From: Ptychomitrium polyphyllum
Lineage: Eukaryota
Assembly: GCA_973851085.1 (NCBI GenBank)
Contig: OZ316775.1
Coordinates: 2,108,001-2,172,000, forward strand
DNA: 64,000 nucleotides
Reading direction: 5' to 3'
A model generated the notes under the pieces. That model did no database searches. It was not told the DNA's origin and saw only the letters and a list, made by a program, of their open reading frames with translations. The translations under genes were made by a program, and so were the position numbers. This document shows positions 41,142 to 54,000 of the stretch, piece after piece (position 1 is the first letter of the stretch; each line of letters starts with the position of its first letter).

Positions 41142-42879
41142 GCCTTAAATTATCGCCAATCAACTGATATCACTCAACGCGCTTCTCTGGCTCCTCTGCC
41201 AGTTCAACAGCCTGGTCAGAGCCTACAGAGAGTGGGACACTATATAGTCAGCGAGATTCTAGTTCACGCAAGGAGATTCTACGACCGCACCCAACAATCG
41301 GTGCATTATAATGCATAGTTGTGGCAGGTTCACGTCCAGACGGCTTTCATGTGTACGGCTGGTTCAAGCGCTTCACGCGTGCACAATCGAGAATTAGGTA
41401 GATCGCCAATAAAGAACTGAGCTTTATATGTACTATAGAACAATTTTGTGTTTGAGTTCAGATCGAGGTGATTACGGTTCAAGTAGCAGAATCAAACGTG
41501 TTGACTGTAATTTGTGAGCTCCCATGCCACGTCTAATTTGTTTGGCTCACGAACGTATTCCTGGTCTTTTAGATTTATGTGGATGTGGCAGGTGGAAGGA
41601 GAATGGAACGACGCTTATCCGAGTTAGTCTTGTACATTACGTGCAGTCAAAATCTAATAGAAAGATTGCTGTACTAGAAGGTCCTGAAGACATCGAAGCT
41701 CTTTTATGTAACGTCCCTGTCTCAGTAGATTGCTTGTTGGACGGGCGGATGCCGTGAACATTTGGGGTCGGTGTTTTAAGAATTCCATGGCCATCGTCCG
41801 TAATCAAAGACGTTGAATTCTATTGACACTGTAAACTGCATGATTTGCTGCATGCGTGTGCGAGTTTATGCGTGAAAGCAGCTACGACAGTGACATAAGA
41901 TTACTCACTAGATTATGAGCTTTGAGATCTCGCCCTTTTCTAAAGTAGTGAGTGAAGCTACGAATGTGGCTGGGGCGGCATTTGGGGAAAGATTGATTGT
42001 GTAGGAGCCTCACTGTGGCTCTCGTGCTGGAAACGTTGGAAATACGAGTCAGAAGCCTTACATACTCTGGTGTTGGATCATTTGCATGTGCTGTTAATTT
42101 TGAAACTAAAAATCTAGATTCTTAATTTTTGTGGAAGAAATGTTTAAGCAGATCTTCTGGTGCTTGTGTGAATCAAAGGAGTCCCTCTCTGGTACAGTTG
42201 CAGACGAGCTGCCTTCTATTTGAGTTTCAACTTTGAATATCCTGAATGCCCAGGCAACACATTTAAGATGAAACAGTGCATCAGCAATTAAGGCCGAACC
42301 TGCATAACATTTCATAGTGCAGTGTTTAAAGATTCCAAACACTCGGTCGCAACGCAGGTTGATTCTCTCTTCTCCTATATCTCGACATGGCGAACTAGAC
42401 ATTTCTCGAAATCGTTTCTCAAATCCGTCGACACAACTACGACAAGTGCTGCAATTTTATGTAGCTCAGCAGACATCTTCTGATTACCAGAAGATTCAAC
42501 CGGGATGAAGTTCAAATGAACCAAGTTACCCGATTTGCAGGTATTGTGATTTTGAACTTCTCTCTACCTCCTTCCTGAGTCAATCATTTGTCTGAATACT
42601 ACTATATCTTTACACACTAGAAACATTGAGCTGTTGAACTGGCACAAGAACCAGAGAAATGTGTTGAGTGATATTACTCCAGTGAATCGGTTGATTGGCG
42701 ACAACTTAGGACTTAGTGCAATCTCTTTAGATTAAGAATTCCTGCTTTCTATCTTCAAACCCAGGCCTTGCCAGTTTCTTTTCTAACTTCTAATTAGAAA
42801 TTTAATTTAAAATTGTCATTAAAATTAGAAAATTAATTAAACCCTAAGGTGGGAGTCCAATGTGTAAAGGCTCTTGTAT

Positions 42880-43347
42880 TGCCTCTCTTGCCAGCTTCTT
42901 CTTAGCGTCATCTAGGTACAGCGCTGGCCCAGGTGTAGTCCAAGCAATTCAAGAGATCTAGGTCCTCAAACTCGTCCACCCAGACACCATAGCTGTTGGG
43001 CCATACGTTATGTGGAGTTTGATCGACGACAGAGACATTCACCCTATGCTTAGAAACTTGCAACAGCCAACCCCGTTAGCCCTGCGCCCACTACCACCAG
43101 GTCCACTGCCGTTTTCTTCAGTGTCAAACATAAGTAGCTCATAATTCAGCTTCTTATTCACATGCAGAGGAACGAGCTCGAGAAGAGCACTTGCTCTGCA
43201 CACAGGCAGCTGCCGCCTCCCTCCCTTCGTCCACCGGAGATCACCTACCAACTGGAATTTTCCTGCCTTGTGAAGGGCCACAGCCTCTGAGAACAACTCC
43301 CTGGGGAAGAAGAGTTCTGAACCTAGCTCTACAATAGCCATTGCCAT
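42880..43347 (-). pseudogene. LCYB: Lycopene beta-cyclase 5' fragment, frameshifted and truncated
   Basis: Transit-like MAMAIVELGSELFF..., then SALLELVP..KKLNYELLMFDT / AVDLVVVGAGLTGLAVA / VSKHRVNVSVVDQTPHNVWPNSYGVWVDEFEDLDLLNCLDYTW / YLDDAKKKLAR. These match plant LCYB (SALLDLVP..ENLDFELPLYD, VDLAIVGGGPAGLAVA, IWPNNYGVWVDEFEAMDLLDCLD.TW) only across frameshifts near 43110, 43057 and 42918. Similarity stops at about 42885. Confidence 0.88.
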
Positions 43348-45050
43348 TCTTTTGCACCATAAAATAAACCCACTCAACGTTCCTTATACCATTCGGCAAC
43401 AAGCGCCTTCAAGCTCCACGTCACACACTTCCACCAGTAGCAAGATTCCAACTTGAACCTGCAGAATTCATCATAGGTCACCGCCAACCACAGTCCTTTA
43501 TCAGTCTCCACGAACTCAAGTTTCCGTCCCTCGATTTTGGCAACGTAAAAATATGACAAAATCTCCCAACTCACTGCCACAAACTTCTCCCCAAATCAAG
43601 CGTAACAACATACCGCTACCTCAAAGTTCAAAACATGAATGCCTTGGGTTGTGTGTTTCTTGAAGTGCCGTAGATTCTGGTGCTTAAGCTTAAGCTGTAT
43701 TGGGTTCTTCTACTTGAGAACAAGATGCTCGTCATGCAGTCTCTCTTCCAGACTCCCAGTGTAGTTACCGAAGTTGCTCCAGCCTGTAGAACTCTGCTTC
43801 TACAACTCGTATTGGCCCATTGAAGATTTCTGATAGTCAGTCGATGAAACCCTGACATGTAAAACACACCTACTTCATCTTTCTGGAACATTTGCTTGCC
43901 ATAGTTTGCATTAATATGTTCTCACAAATGGAACTCTTTCAAGTTGAACTAGCAGGGGAGCCAAAGGTAAGTTCCATCATGATTGACACACAAGTTGAAA
44001 ATTTATATATCGGATGAGAAACAAGGTTTTGAGGCACAAATAAATTTCGGTAAATTAAGGCAGACCAAGTTCACGCTCAGTACGGTCAGAGTGTGGATGC
44101 CAAATACATGCTCATGCCTGGCACTCACTACTTTTCACTTCAGTTGCCTCACCTTGTAGAAGAACGGTTCTCTCTTGTTGGATGTAGTGCTCAGCAGATG
44201 TAATAATCAAAGTAATTCCAGATACGAAGATAGAAGTGTTTTCAATATGGATAATGTTATCCATCAATTGTATTGATAAATGGACAAATCTGCATACAAG
44301 GTCATGATACAAACTACCTCAAGGGGTGACTGTATTATGCAATCAACAACATGTAGGCCCATGACACTTATGTACCACCACGAAATATGCAGTCCTTGCA
44401 ACATATTTCAGCTGGCAGAGAACGAAAAAGAGCCTGTCAAACCCTTTCCAACATTAAGCAATCCTACAAAAATTAATCTGAAAACTAAATAAATCGATTA
44501 CTATAACCACAATCGATCTCAGGTCTTAACCCTTAAATGTCAAACTTGTCGCCTCAAGCTAGGAATTTTCGTTTTTCAAACCACGTTGACCATAAGTAGC
44601 TAATAATGGAAAAAGATGTTTACAAACTTTCTTTTTCAGGCATCATTTATGATTAGATGTTAAACTCAAAAATACTCCAATTTGGAAAACTTGTTAAAGG
44701 GTTAACTCACATTAAATGAAGGTATCTGGTATGAAATACGTTTGTGGCGCTTCCCTTAACGATCCCACTAATTACGTGTATGAAGGCCTGATTAGAAATT
44801 TGACTATTGAGAATCCCTACTTCCAGTAACATGTACGACAATCTAATGAATGAGGATAATAGGACGTTTCCAAGAAGATCACTTAATTCTCCAAAAGGTT
44901 CTTAATCAACAACCTGCATGCATCCTGCCATCAATTGGCAGATCGTTAAAATTCCAATGACATGACGTACTCTGAATCAAGTATGTAAGTCCAATCTGAT
45001 CCTGCAAGTTAATCAAACACGAGATGTAATAATATTCACTGTAATCACCC

Positions 45051-48000
45051 CTATTCCTCCATATTATCCTTATCGAAGGAAAAAAATTGTGCTCTATTAA
45101 GCATGTGCTCTGTACCCCGAACCCACACACTTGTTGGAGACCATTGGACTTCCTCCCATGCCAAACCTTCTTCCAGAACCTACACAAAGATGTCCACAAC
45201 CCTCACATGAGACGGAAGATGCTGAATATTAACGTGAAACTCGACAGGAAAATGCGCTCCACAGTCCTCTCGGTCTGAAAAGCATATCAGAGCCCTCTAA
45301 CAAAAATCAATAGAGAATACGTAAACTGTAAACTCTATATGTCAGAACAAGCCCAGATGTTTTTAATGCTGAGATACATGCTTCATTCACATGTTGAAAT
45401 CGATAAAGAGATCCACTGTATAAACGGTTTAAGACATAAAACCCACCTCAATAAACTCTGCAGGCAAGGGTACACCTTTCTTCTTCATGGAAGATAGTGG
45501 CAGAGGTCGTTTGCACTTGGACCATCGATAACACTCATAGGGCTCGCTACTATGGTGTATCACGGTGTGGCCGTGGTGGCCAGCTGTTTGTCCATTGCTT
45601 GGATGATTTCCATGTGACTTCTCTCCATTGTGGGTATGCAAAATTGGCTCTTTCTCGTTAACTACCAAAGCTCGTTCTGTCAAAGCCCATTTTTCTTTAG
45701 CCTTTTCCCCTCCTGAAGTGCCCTGAGGAAAAGACGTGGCTGTAGTTGCACCATTGCACGTAGTACGCTCTCCATCATATGCCAATTCATACCTGTGTAG
45801 CCATTACGGGAATGATCATAAACTTACAACAATACACCAGCACTATTAAGACCTTTTAGCTATTCAAAGGAGCTTTTGACATTCAAACTAAAAACAGAAA
45901 TACGAGAAATACACAAAAGCTCTCTGATCATAGTACTATTGTGATATCATTCCAAAATGTAATTAGAACTATAATATAACAGAACAGCAAGAATGTGTCA
46001 AAATTTTAAGCCCAGAATTCTCCGTGCATTCCCAGGCTACAAAGATCGTCTAACTAGGTCATAGAGAGCGTGAGAAAACTAACCGGTGAGCATGGGTCTC
46101 AACATACAGTACTTCCCCTTTCTTGAGTCGGGCAGACGTGAATTGAGATTTCTTCAATCCACGGTCAGCCACAATACTCATGCTGTACTTGGCCCTGCAA
46201 AGGAAAACAAAGGAGAACTAGATAAGTATTATCATTAAGAGCCGAAACACACCAACTTACCTTAGCAGAACAGTACCTACTTAGTGGTTCACTCCATTGT
46301 TATAATATGACTTCCATGCGTTGATACGCAAACAAGAAACGTTTCCTGGTATCTTCCAAAACCCTTCCAACAAGCTCATCATTTCTTCAAACAGTGACAA
46401 TAAAAAGCTTCAACAGGAAATAAGAAGCATGCCAGAAACATAAAGTAGACACGTCCATCGTATGCTCAGCACAACCTTAATAAAGTTCCACTGCAAGTAC
46501 TATCGACAAGTTCAAGAGTGACGCACCAGGGTTCATTACAGAGATTATATTGTATTGTCACTTCCTGCATAAATCTTTGCTGCCGGTATGCACTCTGCAT
46601 GTCACATTACACCATCCGGCTATCAGAAAACATTCTAGCATATGAACTTTCCACGGGCAAATTAAAAAGTTGCCGATTACAAAATGTAGACGTGAAATCA
46701 TTCAAGTGCAGGTTATCAAAGTAAAATCAACACAAAATTATCCGTAAGGAAATAACCAAAGCCGTAAGCAAAGCAACTGAAGATAGAAAACTCTGTAAAA
46801 CCCCAACCTCTCTGAAATAGTATCACATCTATGCATGCTGAACTCCAGCAACTTTCTGGACAAAGGACTTCTTAAGACTTCAGAGAATAAGCACATCAAC
46901 GCAGTGAGAAGTGGGGTGCTTACAGAAGATGCAGCCCTTGTGGTGACAGTTCGTTCTGACGCTGCAGGTGCAAGTGTTGGAGAAACTTGAGGAGTGCGAT
47001 TCAAACATGGCTCCAGCTCTACAGTGCCTCCTCCTTGCTGCACATCAAGTAACCAATGAACAAGTATTAAAGCACCTGACCAAGAAAGGAAGAAAATGAA
47101 GCTGAATTCCTATAATAACATTACTTCCAACATACACCGGGATGCAAATATCTAAGAGAAAAGACACCTTCAAGCCTCTACAACACCTCGTCAACAAATA
47201 ATTCATTAGCAAGGGCTTTCTTGCAAGTCTGACCTTCATGATTCTGCACCTCTCCACGCTGTAGCTGCACCCACTTCCACCCCCCCAGGCACGCGATCGA
47301 AGCCCATTTCTTAATGTAGACGTGTACACTGCATCATTGAGCCCCACAACACCTTATCATTATTCCAGATCGAACACCTTATTTTTTGTTCCAGATAAAT
47401 ATGTTTCGGGTACAATTGCTTGAGAGATGACGAACAAGCAGCAAAAGGCAGCACCATACTTCCCCCTCGTCCCTTAGCCAGATATGCGTACGTTTTTTAG
47501 ATTCAAGGAGCCGAATGGTGGCCCGTAGCTCTGATATTGAATTTGGAGGCGGAGTTGGTGAAGGTGAGTAGTATCCTGTGTGTAGTAGAACTGCAATCAT
47601 AACAAAGACACAGCTTACATAATTGCGATTATCCAAAAGCAACAATCTCCAGTAATTCCGACTAGACCAAATGGCTAAAATAGAAAATAAGCCACCTATG
47701 TCATTTCAGTCTCATAATAGACAGAGGCGAGCTCAAACAAACTTGCACTAAGCAAATACATGTAGCTTGGGACAAAGAATGAAATGACTTGATTCTGATC
47801 ATACCTGCAACAATATCTGAGTCATCTGTATATACGTCTGTTCCCCAAAGTTGACTCCCACGAATCTGACACATTGGAAAAAAATCAAAATGACGTAAGC
47901 TTGAGCATTCATACATAATCTCAACACTTATTGAAGCACAGCCTTGTAAAATACTCAGAATTCTAACTTGAGCTTTCTAATTTCTTTCCTTTTGAAAGAT

Positions 48001-50674
48001 AAACCTTCAAGTAAATGAAAATTCTATCTGATCCGAGAACTGAGACTTTCTGTGTGCTTTTCGGAGATAACATTGAGTTGAAACCTGGCGGTTAGTGGTA
48101 GTGGCAAGTTCAGCAGGAATGCGGATTTCAACAGTGGGACGCGGCCCATTCGCTGAACTAATTTTTCCTTCGGGGTCGTACTCCTCCCAAAGTTTTGCAA
48201 GTTCCGGCATTCCTTCCCCAACTCTGTAATTTATAAATGAACTCTCTGACCTACCTGTCACATACAGAACAAACCTAGTAAGAAAGGACGAAGATCTAGT
48301 GCAACTTCGTAACCAGTGTAATGTCCTATTGAAATCTGACGGAAATTTAGTTTTAATTGTACTAAACTCTTCCATATATGTTAGATGCCTTTCACACCAC
48401 TTCTGCGTTCTCATACCCCGGCAACATCAACTTTTATCCTCGCGCAAACACTCACTAATAAGTAGAAGTCAGCCCAGTGACAGGTTCTAAAATAGTTAGG
48501 GTTTCACTCATCAGGAACTGCAAAAGTTATCCAATTGAGCTTTGCTAAGATTGTCAGAGTAGATTGACCAAAATGGTACATACTGCTGTGCTAATATAAA
48601 ACAAAGCAAAACAGAAACAACAAACGAGAAAATGACTTATAAATAGTGGTTCAGTTCAATCTGTCAAGCATGTACTTCTCTGCTGAGAAATCGCAACTTC
48701 GATCCAAGACACAATTGTAGCGATGAAACATTCAAATGAGCACAAGCATGCAAAGAAGAGTATGCCACACCAACCTTGAGTCCTGCATCAGACACGGAAA
48801 ATCTGTCAGTAAGCTGCATAAGCAATTAGGACGATACAACGCATGAACCGTATGCTGTCACCCCTATTTCCCATAACAGACAATAATCTAATGACATACA
48901 GAGACGTGACGAACGGATTTACAAATTCACATTTACACGTACCACAAACTAGGGCAACCACTGCCCAGAACTAGCTCCACCCATTGGAAGAAAACGCAGA
49001 TCTTTTGGCAGGGTAATGAAAGCTCAAAAAGACAGAAACTATTCAAATGATGCAATTTGATACAACAATCCGACGACTTTCCTACACCAAAATACCGAAA
49101 AACTACATGTTTAGGGCAACGTTGATCTACAATATGCACGTGCGATTCCAAACATACACGAGCGGACAGTCGGAATGAAGCATTCGGCCATAAATAAAAG
49201 TATTATCAAATATGATGTTATTAATTAAAAACTGCCTTCGACGCATCATATCCCAGACGAAACAAGCTTACCCTTCGTTATCTTTGGGCCGAAACCGTGA
49301 GCGAGAATCTCGATTGGCAGGGTTCGACTGGCCTCTGGGACGCAACAGACGCTTCCTCTGCTGCACTCCATAGCCATGAACAGCATCTTTATCCTTCTCT
49401 CCTGGAGGGCCTTCAGTGTCCATAGCATTTAAGGAATCACGATCTTTCTCCTGCTCACGAACACGTTTCTTGCGCTTCTCACCCTCACCCTCTTCATCTC
49501 TCTCCTTGTCTCTATTGATCTCTTTCACACGCTCGCGCCCTTCCTTCTCAACCAATTTTCGGTCATCAACCTCGCGCACGGGCTTCCTATCCGTATCCAT
49601 TTCCTCAATCTTAACCCCTTTTCCATCCTCCTTCTCCACTTTCTCCACAGGGCCATCATCTCGGTCCTCTCGCTCTCGCCGATGTGAATCCCGATCACGC
49701 TCTTTCTCCCTCTTCTCCCTTTTCTCCGAGCGTACAGCCTCTTTTTCCCTGTCACGCGACCGCTCCCGTTCCCACACCCTCTCTTTCTCCTTCTCACCCT
49801 TCTTCCTCTCCCTTTCATCCTTCTCATTGTCTTTTTCAATACTAACATCCAAATGCGGTTGCGCCAGCAGCTGCTGTTGCTGCAGCCCTACCGGCAGCAC
49901 ATCCTCTTTTCGCTCAATCCGCTTCTCATCTTTCTCCTTCTCCTTCTCCTTCTCCTTCTCCATCTCACGCGGCTCCTCTCTCTTCACATCCATCGGCACA
50001 TCCTCCCTCTTCACCGCCACTTTCCCCTCGCCCTCGCGAGGACTCGTCTTCCTCAAACCCTCAGAATTTCCCTCTCCTCGAGTGGAATCCGCCAATTCTT
50101 GCCCTATTTTCCAAGGGCTCTCTCCGTGCTGCTGCACCTGATCTTCCCCCTTCACATCAGCCTTCTCAAGAATAAGCTCCTTATTGCCACTGCTCTCGGC
50201 CATCGCATCTCCATATTCCTTCCCGCCACTCGCCTTCCTCTCCAAATCCATCCGCCCTGGATCCCTCCCCTCCCGATCACTCTTCCCAGGCTCTCCACTA
50301 ATAAATACGAACTCCCGCACCTTGGGCGTCAGTTGCGGATCTTGCCCGTCCTTGCCACTGCTCCCCTCTCCAACCGTAACCTCCATCGTTCCGGACACGG
50401 AGCCGCCTCCATCCCTCTCAGGCTTACTATTAGCATGCGCACTGTTGTTGAATAGCTCAACCTTCTCTCCTGCCTCCACTCCACGATCACTATGCCGCGC
50501 CACTTTCGCAGGCCGCGACTCCGCTCCCCCTCCAAATGCAGCAGCAGACTCTATCACCATCCCGCACCCGCCTCCTACATGTTGCTGCTGCTTCCCAGCT
50601 CCACTCCCGCTCCCCTCGGCAACCTTGGCCGCCGCCGCCGTCTCCTCGTGCTGCCGCTTCACCGGAAGACTCAT
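45051..50674 (-). CDS. HDC1: Histone Deacetylase Complex 1 (RXT3-like domain) protein, about 867 aa; 11 exons: 50674-49272, 48782-48775, 48254-48085, 47865-47805, 47590-47492, 47328-47234, 47037-46924, 46594-46527, 46194-46084, 45792-45447, 45179-45051
   Basis: Starts MSLPVKRQHEE, has an R/E/K/D-rich region and YGVQQRKRLLRPRG, then the Rxt3 core IRGSQLWGTDVYTDDSDIVAVLLHTGY, LRNGLRSRAWG, EVTIQYNLCNEPW.KYS.SIVAD and SARLKKGEVLY. C-terminus LAWEEVQWS. Phases are consistent once the 8-nt exon is included. Confidence 0.93.
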
Positions 50675-50950
50675 CTCATCTCTTCACATGAAAATTCGAA
50701 CTCCAGACATAAGCACACGGGCATTCGCTAAATTTCGCAAACCTCGCACAACCTGCCAGAAACTCTCCAAAACCTCCAATTCTCTCACACTCACAGCAAC
50801 AGAGAAGCGCACACCAATGACGCCGCCGAAACCATCGCATTACTCCGAAACCACAATCCCCCGCCCCTCGTCCTCCTTTCCGCATGCACTCAATCCCCTA
50901 GTGCTCCCCCCGGATCCCTACACAAAGCTCTACCTCTCCACAGACACTAC

Positions 50951-51002
50951 AAACAAACAAACAAACAAACAAACAAACAAACAAACAAACAAACAAACAA
51001 AC
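50951..51002. repeat. (AAAC)13 microsatellite in the HDC1 5' leader region
   Basis: Seen directly; a telo-box AAACCCTAG follows at about 51023-51031. Confidence 0.95.
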
Positions 51003-54000
51003 ACACAAACAAACACCATGCAAAACCCTAGTCCAGACACACAATCACAGCAGCATCAGCACAGCAATAGCACACTCGCAGCTGCAATCAAGCCAGAGAG
51101 CTAGGGAGCATGGTCATGGAAAAATATGAAGTAGTGTAGACATTCTTGAAAGGCGGAACTTTGCGACTGGTGTGAGAAAACCGCAGCAGAGAGAAAATGC
51201 AAGTGATAAGGAGATGCTGTGTTGTTACCTTCATGAAAGGGCGTAAACGGAGGAAGAGCTGTGCAAATGGAGAGCGAGAGTGGGAGAGAAAGAGCGAGGG
51301 AGAGAGCTCCACCAGGAAGATGAAGGCACAACTCAAAACGACGAAGACGACCACCTGAAGCCTGAGTCTGAGCCCCTTAAAGCAGAGCACTGTAAAAGCC
51401 AACTGCAACGTAGCCTTTTACCTCCTCGACAGTGACTTTTACCTTGAAAGTAAACTTCTGTCTTTCTGAACAGGACAACTGATGTGCATTTGGTCCGTAC
51501 AGACTGTAGCCCTTGGTAAAACCAGGCCCATTGACATTGTACCCTCCTTGGCACAAGCTCGTTACATTATTACTGTGGTAAATAGGCTATTTTCAAGGTC
51601 TATTACTGTTAGAACCAAAAGGATAAGGAAATATCATTGGTAAGAAAAACCTTTTTAAACATGGAATCACGTCTAAATTACAGTACTTTACTTTTGATCC
51701 TTTTTTTTATTTCATTCCAAAAAAACCAAGTGTGTAGAATGGAAAAAAAATTATTATGAATTCTAGCTAGAAATCCTACGTTGTGAAGAATTATATATTC
51801 TCTTTAATATTCCTAATATTTTTCCATACAAGTTTGGCTATTTGCAACAATTTACTACAAACTTTAATTTAGATTAAATTGAAACTACCTTTAAAATCTT
51901 TTGAATTTTTATGTTTATTTATTTGTTTAAAAACGAAAATTTTAAATGATTGTCACCGCTCATATATAGACACTTGTGCATATATATTTTTTAAATTTTT
52001 AAATTTTTTTAATTTTAAAACTTTTAAAACTTTTTTTTTTAATTACTTTATAATTTTTAGTTAATTTTAAACAAATGTTTTATTCAATAAACATATAAAT
52101 ACACAAAAATGGGGCATGCAATAAATCAGCTCTAAGTCTAACTTCTTTTGCACAGTTTGTGAAGGAATGTGATAATATTGTTATTGACTGCGGAAAGTCC
52201 AACAAAATCTAAATTTAGTAATTAAATCATATGCTCAAAAGAATAAAAAGTCTACAAATTTGGTATAATATTTTTACTTTAATTTCTTAAATGAATACAA
52301 AGTTTTGCTATGCTACATGGAATTGTCAAATCCAAAACAATAAATGGCAATTTTTGAAATTAAAATTAATTTCAATGAATGATAGGAATGATTTAAATAA
52401 ATGCATATAAATATAATCATATGTATTGTTTGTGAACATCCATTGTTGTAATTACTAATATTTTTAAATATGCTAAATTTTTTTCCAATTATTTTTGTAT
52501 GAATATAAGACACATTTATTCTTGAAAGTCACAACATTGAGAATTTATATTATGAATGTTATTTAGTCACATATTGCAGTAAGATAAGAAGGTCACTTGC
52601 AAATAAACACTTAATTATTTTTTTGAAATAATGTTAATTCCTTGAATGTTAATTAGTCAATTTTTATTTTTGTGCTATAGAAGACTAAAAAAGGTTTTAA
52701 AATAGTCATATTCTTCATTTATCCAAAAGTCTCTTATTTTTGTATTAATTGCCTTCAAGTTATAAGGTGTAAATTTTCAAATGAAATAAATGTGAATTTT
52801 AAGAATTAACAAGTCTATAAATTTATCTCAAGTTGATTTGTAATTAAAAATAAAAGCTTAATTATCAATTAATCAAAATAAGTAGTATAGTCTTTATAGA
52901 AATTTTGTTTCAAATTATTATAATAATAGCTTTAAATTTTATTATACAAATATGATTATTAGCTAATTTCACAAATTTATTTTGTACCATAACATTTAAA
53001 ATAAGCAATCAATCCTTACATGATACATCTTTAAATTGTGTTCACCCATTTAAATTTAATTCTTAAAGGATCAGACTTATATATCTCAGATTTTACCATA
53101 CTTGGAATTTTTTGAATTAAAATGATAAAAATTGAAAAGTTAAATTAAATTTTAAAAATAAATGTAAAAACATAATATAAGTACCTAAAATACATTCCTA
53201 TAGTCTTTTCAATAAAAATATGAATTTAAATAATCTTTTGTTTAAAATTTCACTTTAAGTTTTTATTTCATATTAAGAAACTTGAATGAATAAATTTTAT
53301 TTTGAAAGCTTTTAGGTTTTTGTACATTGTATTCAAAAAAAACCTTATATTCTTGTCTTATCCATCCATCTATCCATTTGCACATATTGGATGTCCAATT
53401 CTAGATGTATTTACATTTAAATTAATGAATAGATATATCTGAATATTGAAACCTAAATTAAATGCTATTACTTCAAAGATGGAATGGCTACTTTATTTGA
53501 TTAAAAATAGATTGTAAAACTAATGTCAATACCTAGCATAAGAAAATTTATTATTTTAGCATTCTAAAAATTAAACTTGTATTTATAATTCATCCTTAAA
53601 AGTAAAATGGAACCTTAAAATTCAAAATCTATCATTGTTGTTGATGATCTTTTTTAAAATGTATGTTGAAGTTAATAATAAAAAACCAAGGTTTATACAA
53701 GTAATTTGTCTTTTAAATGGTGCAAAGTTTTTAAAACTGACCTATTATATAAATTTATTAAAGGAATTAGCATAATAGGATAATGATGTTGGTATAGACT
53801 AGCTTTACAACATAATATTTGTATATATAAACTTGTCAAAAATATATTTATATTGATGTTTGTGAAAACATTAATTTTATAGCTATAACTTACAATCATT
53901 CAAATTTTGATTTTGATAAATTATTATTTATAAATAACAACAAGTTTACTTTAGAATCACTTAGGCACTTTGATTTTTAATGAAAATTTGTATTAATCTT

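Noticed and set aside
41524..41757. 77-aa ORF after SURF6
   Set aside because: No homology recognised; probably 3' flank.
49416..51104. Long plus-strand ORFs (241, 200 and 306 aa)
   Set aside because: Antisense shadows of the purine-rich HDC1 exon 1 and the AAAC microsatellite.
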